Shown: in pieces, positions 54,144-64,000 of the stretch | Layout: each line of letters opens with the position of its first letter | How positions within the stretch are numbered: position 1 is the stretch's first letter | Program-made: the position numbers and the translations under genes | The notes under the pieces: generated by a model | Told to the model about the DNA's origin: nothing | What the model saw: only the letters and a program-made list of their open reading frames with translations | Databases searched by the model: none | From: Octopus vulgaris | Lineage: Eukaryota | Direction of reading: 5' to 3' | Assembly: GCA_951406725.2 (NCBI GenBank) | Contig: OX597839.1 | Span: 26,846,001-26,910,000, forward strand | DNA: 64,000 bases

Positions 54144-54162
54144 TACAGCAACAACAGCAGCG

Positions 54163-54195
<33 letters not shown>

Positions 54196-54277
54196 ACATC
54201 AAGGACAGTAAAAAAGCTTCCTGTGTAACACACACCCACGTTTTAAATCTGATCAGGGGCTATATGGTGTATATACA

Positions 54278-54508
54278 TTTCTTTACTACCCACAAGGGGC
54301 TAAACACAGAGGGGACAAACAAGGACGGACAAAGGGATTAAGTCGATTACATCGACCCCAGTGCGTAACTGGTACTTAATTTATCGACCCCGAAAGGATG
54401 AAAGGCAAAGTCGACCTCGGCGGAATTTGAACTCGGAACGTAACGACAGACGAAATACGGCTACGCATTTCGCCCGGCGCGCTAACGTTTCTACCAGCTT
54501 GCCGCCGC
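54278..54508 (-). mobile_element. SINE family B, full length
   Basis: Head to tail match. Confidence 0.9.
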
Positions 54509-54974
54509 CATATAGACACACTCACACACACATACACACACACACATACACACACACACATACACACACACACATAATGTACTGTTCCGTGATAGTATGA
54601 TCAACAAAAAATAGGTGCTCCATCTGGCGAGAGATAAATATCATTTATTTAAAGGACGCAATACATGTCTTTAAGTGTTACTAATGTTTTTTGATGTGTT
54701 TATTAAGTGACTGCTCTCGACTGGTAATTTTATTAATCGTCCCCCCCAGGAGGATAAAAAGGCAACATAGCCCTCGGCGGGATTTGAACTCCGAGTACGG
54801 AGAGATGGAGCAAAGTAGCGAGGTGTTCCATCCGACATGCTACCAACTCCGCCAATGTAATGAATATTGGTGACTTGATAGAAAGAAGAAGAAGAGTGAG
54901 TGATGCTGGGATGAGAGAGATGAAGGATGGGAGGGTGGTGGAAGGGAGAGGAGATAGAGAGACAGAGGGAGAAA

Positions 54975-55435
54975 ATGGGAGAGAGAGAGAGAGGATGTGA
55001 GAAGGAGGGAAGGAGAGAGAGAGAGGATGTGAGAAGGAGGGAAGGAGAGAGTGAGAGAGGATGTGAGAAGGAGGGAAGGAGAGAGAGAGGATGTGAGAAG
55101 GAGGGAAGGAGAGAGAGAGACAGAGGGAGAAAATGGGAGAGAGAGAGAGATGTGAGAAGGAGGGAAGAAGAGAGAGACAGAGAGGATGTGAGAAGGAGGG
55201 AAGGAGAGAGTGAGAGAGGATGTGAGAAGGAGGGAAGGAGAGAGAGAGGATGTGAGAAGGAGGGAAGGAGAGAGAGAGGATGTGAGAAGGAGGGAAGGAG
55301 AGAGAGAGAGGATGTGAGAAGGAGGGAAGGAGAGAGAGAGAGAGGATGTGAGAAGGAGGGAAGGAGAGAGAGAGAGGATGTGAGAAGGAGGGAAGGAGAG
55401 AGAGAGAGGATGTGAGAAGGAGGGAAGGAGAGAGA
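54975..55435. repeat. Purine-rich minisatellite, unit GGATGTGAGAAGGAGGGAAG + (GA)n
   Basis: About 13-14 copies with a variable GA linker. Confidence 0.9.
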
Positions 55436-55526
55436 GACAGAGAAAGAGAGAGAGAGAGACAGAAACCGAGAGAAGGGGAAGAAGCGGGAGGGAAAGATAA
55501 ATATATAGATAGATAGATAAAAAGAT

Positions 55527-55574
<48 letters not shown>

Positions 55575-55600
55575 CGAGAAAGAGAAAGAAGGAGAGAGAC

Positions 55601-55637
<37 letters not shown>

Positions 55638-57131
55638 AACTTATTTTGTGCCCTCTGTCACCCGTTTCCCACCCATATCTGGCATTCACTAAATATCCAA
55701 ACAATGTAAGTATGTGGTATGTGGGTTCGAATTAAGATAATGTCTTCTCTTCATAGTTCCCATTCCATTGTTACCAAAAACATCAGGATTTCACATTGCG
55801 GAGACACAAGTGTGTGCGAGTCTTCGTTTTAGTGTGTGTGTGTGTGTATCAGTGTGTGTGTGTGTGTGTCTGCGTATGTGTGTGTGTCTGCGTATGTGTA
55901 TGTGTCAGAGTGTGTGTTTCACTGTGAGTGTATGTGTGTGTGTGTGTGTGCGTATGTGTGTGTGTCAGAGTGTATGTGTTTCACTGTGAGTGTGTGTGTG
56001 TGTGTGTCTGTCTGTCTGCGTATGTGTGTGTCTCTAATGTAATTGTGTGTGCATGTATGTGTGTATGTATGTGTGTATGTATGTATGTATGTATGTGTAT
56101 GTGTATGTATGTATATGTGTATGTGTGTGTGTCTCTAATGTAATTGTGTGTGCATGTATGTGTGTATGTATGTGTGTATGTATGTGTGTATGTATGTATG
56201 TATGTATGTATGTATGTATGTGTATTTATGTATGTATGTATGTATGTGTATTTATGTGCATGTGTGTGTATGTATGTATAAGTGTATGTGTGTGTGTATG
56301 TATGTACATGTATGTGCGTGTGTGTACGTATGTATGTATGATGTATGCATGTGTATGTGCAAGTATGTATGTATATGTGGATGTGTGTATGTATGCATAT
56401 ATGTGTGTGTATTTGCATTTTTATTGTGTAGGTGTATATGTGTGTTATCAAAGCATGGCCGCGCGTGTGATAGAGACACGTTGTATATGTCTTCTACATC
56501 ACATATATATATATGTATATATATTTACAGTTACGTGTGCCACTGTATACACACACGAACATAAGTGTGTATATATATATATATATCCGTAATAATGAAA
56601 CAATATATATATATGTTAAGGAGTTACTTGATCACCCTTTCCTCTTTCTTTCTCTCTGTCTCTCTCTTTCTCTTTCCTTCTTTCTTCATGCACACACACA
56701 CACACACACACACACACAATTAATTACACGTGTATACACACATATATATACAAATGCACGCAAAAGCAATTTAAAATGTTCACGCGGCTCTAAATAACGA
56801 CTTGTGACGTTCAGGACCATTAAGTAATTCATATATACACCCTTGCTCCTTATACATACATACTTATGAATGCATGCGTATATACATATACACATATATA
56901 CATACACATACATACACGAGTACGTACGTATATACATGTATATACACATAGATTTACACACATACATACATGAGTAAGTACGTATATACATATATACACA
57001 TACATACAGACATATATACACACATGCATATATGAGTATATACATACATACACACAGACACGCATACATATACCCATACAGGCATAAATATGCATATACA
57101 TACTAACATACATACATACATACACTCGCTC

Positions 57132-57213
<82 letters not shown>

Positions 57214-57319
57214 TATATATACCTATGAATGCGTGCATCCATCCATCCATCCATCTATACATACATACATACATACATACATACATACATACATACATAC
57301 ATACGTACATACGTGCGTA

Positions 57320-57935
57320 CGTTATGGAAATCAGCTGCTTAAAGATCAGCAAAAATGAAATACCTACGCCAAAAAATTGAGGAATCTACAGCTACTATTT
57401 TCAGATTATACCTGTAATTATTGGAGGTCCTGGGATATATAACACACTGCCTAAATACCAATCTTGAGAAATTAGGCTTCTGAAAACCAGAAAGGAGAAA
57501 GCTAATTCAAAGACTACAGATCCAATCCGTCACTGGAACTGTAAAAATCTGTAAAACTTTTCAGAAGTTTATCACTTAAATATATATGAGCAAATGTCTT
57601 GATATGCAACTATATGCATGAGAATATATACAAAAGACAAAACATACAAATCTGCACATACATACATACATACATACATACATACATACATACATACATA
57701 CATGCATACATACATACATACATACATACATACATACATACATACATACGTACATACATACACACATACATACATACATACACACATACATACATACACA
57801 CATACATACATACATACAAAAATACCCTGATGATGTTGTTGAAATTCCAATGAAGGAGCCTTGGATCTGGGTTAGAGACAAGCTCTTTCTCTATTGGCAA
57901 GAAATCTTGAAATAAGACTCAATAATGACATATAT
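57320..57935 (+). mobile_element. R4-like RLE LINE 3' fragment associated with (TACA)n
   Basis: Frameshifted VMEISC...LRNLQLLF..IIPVIIG..LGYITHCLNTNLEKLGF...RKLIQRLQIQSVTGTVKICKTFQKF; (CATA)n upstream and within the 3' region. Confidence 0.7.
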
Positions 57936-58342
57936 ACATATATTCTTTTATTCTTAAGAGCGGCCAATAGTTGCGTTCGCGTACAACAAACGTATTTAAT
58001 CAATATCTGTCCCCTAACGACCCCTTACGTAAACATAAGGTATGGCGTGTTCCCCCGATTAGTAAACCCTGCAATTCAGTCATTTTTTTTGCTCTCTGCC
58101 GCAGATTCACTCAACACCGGAAGTGCCTGTGTGAATCAAAACATGGGGCCTTTCCTCTGGTGGTACACTAATCTCTCCGTGACAGCTGTATCGCTACCGG
58201 AAGTTCTCCATAATGGCTCTAATAGTGAAACACTCCAGAACAATAATTCTCTCTTCACTCACTAAGTGCCGCATCTGGTCGTCCACTTCATTCAATGACG
58301 TAACGCTGACCGGCAAAAAAAGCACTGAAAAGTTAAGCAAGT

Positions 58343-58343
58343 T

Positions 58344-58398
<55 letters not shown>

Positions 58399-58802
58399 GC
58401 CTTTCTTTCTTTTTCTCATTCATTCATCCATCCATTCATTCATTCTTTCTTTCTTTCTTTCTGTCTTTTTCTCTTTCTTTCTTTTCTTTCTTTTCTTCAT
58501 TCATAGTTTCTTTCTTTCTTTCTTTCTTTCTTTTTCTCATTCTTTCTTTCTGTCTTTTTCTTTTTCTTTCTTCCTTTCTTTCTTTTCTTCCTTTCTTTCT
58601 TTTCTTCCTTTCTTTCTTTTCTTCCTTTCTTTCTTTTCTTCCTTTCTTTCTTTTCTTCCTTTTCTTCATTCATAGTTTCCTTCTTTCTTTTTTCCTTCCT
58701 TCCTTCCATTCTTTCTTTTTTCTTCCTTCTTTCCTTTCCTTCTTTCTTTCCTTCTTTCTTTCTTTCTTTCTTTCCTTCTTCCTTCCTTCTTTTCTTTCTT
58801 TC
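58343..58802. repeat. Polypyrimidine tract
   Basis: Direct reading. Confidence 0.95.
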
Positions 58803-59208
58803 TGATGAATACCTACCGCTGTATGGTGTTTGAAAGTAGTATTGCAATCGGGGTTCAACACCCGCATCCACAGGCTACGATATTGAACAAAAGCACTCGG
58901 CGGGTGTGCTAAGGGCCCAGGAGAAAAGGGTTTCGTTCAAATGGTTCAGAGCTCGAGGGACCAGAGAAGCAAAGAAGGATTCACGCATATCTGACTGGGC
59001 TCTCATCCCTAAACAAAAACCTCCCAACACTTTTGAATTCTAAGACCCCAATTCCTCTCCCTTTGGGATGTTAAAACAGCTTTGTTCTCCTTTGCAATCT
59101 CCCTCTCTCTCTCCTTTTCTGTCCCTCTCTCTCTCTCTCTCTGAGGCCCAACGGGTGTGTTCATTACTGTGCCTTACTCGTAGAGGCCTCATGGCTGCTC
59201 CACCTGTT

Positions 59209-59435
59209 GGAAATAATCCTTTCTACTAAAGGCATATGCCTGAAATTTGGAGGGGTCGGGAGGGTACTAGTCGATTACATCGACCCCAATGTTTCACTGG
59301 TACTTAATTTATCGACTCCGAAAGAATGAAAGGCAAAGTTGATCTCGGCGGAATTTGAACTCAGAACGTAAGGACGGACGAAATGCCGCTAAGTGTTTCG
59401 CCCGGCGTGCTAACGATTCTGCCAGCTCGCCGCCT
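59209..59435 (-). mobile_element. SINE family B with 10-bp TSD
   Basis: tccacctgtt at 59199-59208 and 59436-59445. Confidence 0.92.
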
Positions 59436-59474
59436 TCCACCTGTTATAAGTTATATCTTTTAATCCTTTGATAG

Positions 59475-59835
59475 TGGTGAGCTGGTAGAATCGTTACCAC
59501 GCTATGTTCTGAGTTCAAATTCCACCGTGGTCGACTTTGCCTTCCATCCTTTCGAGGTCAATTAAATAAATACCAGTTACGCACTGGGGTCGATATAATC
59601 GACTTAATCCGTTTGTCTGTCCTTGTTTGCCCTCTCTGTGTTTAGCCCCTTGGGGGTAGTAAAGAAATAAGTATTTCGTCTGCCGTTACGTTCTGAGTTC
59701 TAATTCCGCCGAGGTCAACTTTGCCTTTCATCCTTTCGGGATCGATAAATTAATTACCAGTTGCGTACTGAGGTCGATCTACTCGACTGGCCACCTCCCC
59801 CAAAATTCGGGGCCTTGTGCCTAGAGTAGAAACGA
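59475..59835 (+). mobile_element. SINE family B, partially dimeric
   Basis: Same arrangement as 26019-26375. Confidence 0.88.
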
Positions 59836-59859
59836 ATATCTTTTGTTCCTTTATCATTC

Positions 59860-60110
59860 TCTGTTACTTGTTTCAGCACTTAGACCGCGGCCATGCTGGA
59901 GCAGCACCTCGAAGAATTTTAATCGAACAAATCGACCCCAGTACTTCGTGTTCTTCTCCATTTGTAAAGCCTGGTACTTATTCTATCGGTCGCTTTTTGT
60001 CGAAACGCTAGCTTACGGGAAGTAAACACGCCGACGTCAAGCGGTGGTGTTGGTGGTAGAGGGGCAACACAGGCACAAAAACAAATACACACACAAACAT
60101 ACACACACAC
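59860..60110 (-). mobile_element. SINE family A, 3' half
   Basis: ttacttgtttcag..gcggccatgctggagca...gtacttattctatcggt. Confidence 0.8.
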
Positions 60111-60492
60111 GGAGGCGCAATGGCCCAGTGGTTAGGGCAGCGGACTCGCGGTCGTAGGATCGCGGTTTCGATTCCCAGACCGGGCGTTGTGAGTGTTTAT
60201 TGAGCGAAAACACCTAAAGCTCCACGAGGCTCCGGCAGGGGGTGGTGGTGATCCCTGCTGTACTCTTTCACCACAACTTTCTCTCACTCTTACTTCCTGT
60301 TTCTGTTGTACCTGTATTTCAAAGGGCCGGCCTTGTCACTCTCTGTGTCACGCCGAATATCCCCGAGAACTACGTTAAGGGTAAACGTGTCTGTGGAGTG
60401 CTCAGCCACTTACACGTTAATTTCACGAGCAGGCTGTTCCGTTGATCGGATCAACCGGAACCCTCGTCGTCGTAACCGACGGAGTGCTTCCA
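60111..60492 (+). mobile_element. SINE family C, full length
   Basis: Intact tRNA-like head; near-identical to 48709-49094. Confidence 0.92.
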
Positions 60493-60595
60493 CATATCCC
60501 AAGGTCCCAATAGTTACAGGTATAAACCTGAACTCGTAGTCTGCATAGAGTAATTGCAGATTTATCAATAGTCCAGCGTAGGTATGTATGTATGT
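60493..60595 (-). mobile_element. R4-like LINE fragment related to 57320-57935
   Basis: TYAGLLINLQLLYADYEFRFIPVTIGTLGYV, abutting (TACA)n. Confidence 0.65.
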
Positions 60596-60798
60596 AGACA
60601 AGGAAAGACTCATTTGTTAACGTAACTAATCCTAATTCACCTGATAAACATGGCTAGAAAGCCTTTGGATTACGTCTTCTGGATTAGGGTTGACATGGGG
60701 CTTAACGAACGTACCAACGAGAACAAGGACCACCACCACCACCACCACCACTACTTACTACTACTACCACCACCGCCGCCGCCATCACCTCCACCGCC

Positions 60799-60867
<69 letters not shown>

Positions 60868-60976
60868 TCAGCAAATATCATTTATATGTAAATGTACAGA
60901 CAAGCACGTGCGTACGCGTGCGGACTTGAGCATGCGCACGTGTATGTGTGCGAAAAGTAGAGAGAGAGAGAGAGAG

Positions 60977-61028
<52 letters not shown>

Positions 61029-61147
61029 TTAGTCACAATGCTGGCAACTCCAAACAGCCATGTTTGTGTGTATATATATATATATATATACATAGTGTGT
61101 GTGTGTGTATATATAATATATATATATATATATACATAGTGTGTGTG

Positions 61148-61178
<31 letters not shown>

Positions 61179-61191
61179 GTGTGTGTGTGTG

Positions 61192-61224
<33 letters not shown>

Positions 61225-61271
61225 CATAGTGTGTGTGTGTGTGTGTGTATATAATATATATATATACATAC

Positions 61272-61311
<40 letters not shown>

Positions 61312-61326
61312 CATAGTGTGTGTGTG

Positions 61327-61365
<39 letters not shown>

Positions 61366-61624
61366 CATATATACATAGTGTGTGTGTGTGTGTGTATGTG
61401 TGTGCGACAGCGAGACGACTTAATGTGAGGTTAAAAGATCAAACCCGGTTTCTAAATTGAACAAAACAGTAAGGAAGAGGATGAGGGGAGGCAGAAGTGG
61501 AGGGAGGGAGGGGTTTAGGTGGGGGAGAAGGAGGAGTCAGGAAGCGAGACACAACTAAAGCGGTAGTAATGTTGTTGTTGTTGTTGGTAGTGTGATCTTG
61601 TGTAATGTTTTGGTGATGGTGAGG

Positions 61625-62045
61625 GAGATGTGGAGTTGTGTGGCGTTGTGCGGCGCGGTGCGGCGCGGTGCTGTTGCTGTATGACGCAGTGTAGCGTGGC
61701 GGTGTTGTTACAGGTGGTGGTGGGTGGGGGATTTGATGTAGTGTTTGGATTGGTGTGTGGTGTAGTGTGACGTAGCGTGGTGTAGCTTGGCGTGGCGTGG
61801 CGTGGAGGCGCGCTGTGTAACGTGGCGCCGTGGTACTGTATGGCGTGACGCGTGCCGTAGGGTGTCGAGCTGTGTGGTGTGGCGTAGCATTGTGGTGTGT
61901 GGCGTGACGTTGTGGTATGTGGAGTGACGTTGTGGCGTGGAATTGTGGCGTGGCATTGTGTTATGTGGCCTCGCGTACTGTGGTGTATGGCGTGGCGTTG
62001 TGGTGTGTGACGTGGCGTTGTGGTGGTAAGCGTGGCGTTGTAGTA
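61625..62045. repeat. Degenerate pentanucleotide tract (GTGGC/GTTGT-like)
   Basis: 5-bp periodic gcgtg/gtggt/ttgtg units. Confidence 0.8.
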
Positions 62046-62248
62046 TGTGACATCGCGTACCGAGTAGACTGGAGCAAGTGGGAAATACAATGCCTTGCTC
62101 CAGGACATAATGCGCTACCCAGTCCAGGAATTGAACGCACGCCCTTATGCTGAGCCAAAGTGGGAGGGAGAGAGGGAGGAGAGAGAGAAAGATATAGATA
62201 GATAGATAGATATAGATGGATCGATAGATAGATAGATAGAGATAGATG

Positions 62249-62336
<88 letters not shown>

Positions 62337-63257
62337 GGGGGAAGAAGTGGGGGCATCGGCACTGGATGTTCCAGTCGAGTAGATTGGAACGAAAGTAAAA
62401 CGAAAAGTTTCGCTCAACGAAACAAAATAACCCCCGGCAGTGGGGCCAGCCAAGGAATCGAACACACGACTTCCTGATAATAAATAAATCACAAAACTTA
62501 CCCCCCACCACCCTAACCACGAGGCCTGCCGCCTTAACAGTACCAGTAACATACTGCGGGAGCGTGAGGAGGAAATGATGTACGAAGAAAGCCTTGATTA
62601 AGACACCGAACCCCCGCGACCACCACGTACACACTTCCACACCGCATACGGATCTGGCCCTTGTGACTCGTCGAAAGGAAGTCATACATTTATAGCAACT
62701 CTTGTTAAGACTAGTCATAAGTCGTACGAGGGGGGAATTAAATTGGGACTAAGCTTTTCCCCACCCACCCCACGACCCTCTATACAGTGTGTGTGTGTGT
62801 GTGTGTGTGTGTTTGAGTTGGTTTAAGTTCTATAAATAAAGCAAACGGATGGCAGAATCTCACCCGTATCGCTTCTTGCTTAAGAATGGCTGACAGGATT
62901 GCGTAAACACAGGAAACTAAACCAACCATGTACTACATACGTACATACATACATACATACATACATACATACATACATACATACATACTATATGCACATA
63001 CACATACATACAAAGAGACATACATACACACATTAACACATACACACACATACATATACATACATGCACTAATACATATACATACACACATATACACACA
63101 TACATACCTACAAACATACAAACATATATACATACACACATACATACACGCACATACAAACTTACATATATACACATACATACACACATAAGCACACGCA
63201 TACATACATACATGCATACATACATACATACACATACATACACACATATATATATAT

Positions 63258-63537
63258 GCTGAGACCCCCTTCGGTCATGACTGAACGTGAGATTGCACCT
63301 AGAAAGTTACCCTCCCAGGCACAAGTCCAGGCAAGGTTGTTTGTGGAAGACCAGCAGTCGCCCATGCATACCGGCCTCCCCAGTGATGTTGTAACTCATT
63401 TCTACAGCTGAGTAAACTGGAGCAACGTGAAATAAAGTGCCTTGCTCAAGAGCACAACACGCAACCCGGTCCAGGATTCGAACTCACAACCTCACAATCG
63501 TAAGCTCGACACTCTAACCACTGAGCCATGCGCCTTC
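63258..63537 (-). mobile_element. CORE-like SINE, family D head with a different tail
   Basis: On - strand gaaggcgcatggctcagtggttagag...gagttcgaatcc...gctcttgagcaaggcactttatttcacgttgctccag; tail ends gtcatgaccgaagggggtctc. Confidence 0.82.
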
Positions 63538-63729
63538 ACATATATATACACACACACACACACACACATTCACACAAACACACACATATATATTCATGTA
63601 TATGCTTATGTGTGTACGTGTGTCCACGCGCGTGTGTCTGCCTCCTTGTATTTCTTTCCCTCCATCTGTTTTGCAGTAACCTCTTGATCCACTTCCATTC
63701 CTTATATTATCCCCCTCTTTACATCTCTC

Positions 63730-63838
<109 letters not shown>

Positions 63839-64000
63839 CTTACGCATACAGGTACATCCACTACCGATTTTATACCCAGCGTGAACCCTTTTTTTTTATA
63901 TTAATCATAAAACAGAAACGACAGCGTTAATCCTTCTTTTCGTAATTAAAGAAACATGAATATGACATCATGAATTAATGAGAATTAACTAATTAATAGC

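Noticed and set aside
58802-58850. CTGATGA...GAAA possible hammerhead
   Set aside because: Stem II is out of register with GAAA, and there is no stem III or stem I.
58840-59043. ~67-codon + strand open frame with acceptor-like ccacag
   Set aside because: No recognisable homology or partner exons.
60111-60185. tRNA-like heads at 60111, 48709, 20500-20568 and 63465-63537
   Set aside because: They continue into SINE bodies and do not fold as complete tRNAs.

Overview
Eukaryotic, very microsatellite-rich non-coding DNA. By eye a third to a half is simple repeat: (TA)n, (CA)n, (TACA)n, (TATC)n, (TAA)n, (GAA)n, (GA)n. The SINE families and repeat landscape look like an octopus/coleoid cephalopod genome (inference, not verified). 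I find no credible host protein-coding gene, and nearly all ORFs in the track are microsatellite or SINE artefacts. Supported features: one intact tRNA-Pro(CGG) gene; many copies of at least four tRNA-derived SINE families; LINE relics (Dong/R4-like, RTE, HERO-like, Penelope-like); a decayed mariner transposase split by an RTE insertion; a maT/DD37D-like fragment; MITEs (hAT-like, Tigger-like, Merlin-like); a complete non-autonomous Helitron; and a 26/78-bp higher-order minisatellite. Most interesting: (1) a core-intact minimal type I hammerhead ribozyme at 33531-33591, held inside a perfect 34-bp inverted repeat in a short element between (TA)n tracts, with several further hammerhead relics and fold-back inserts suggesting a Penelope/retrozyme-like system living in (TA)n; (2) a 455-bp MITE with 29-bp TIRs and an 8-bp TSD that carries telomere-type repeats and sits inside the higher-order repeat; (3) several CTCF-like motifs in non-repetitive islands. 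SINE and relic boundaries are approximate.
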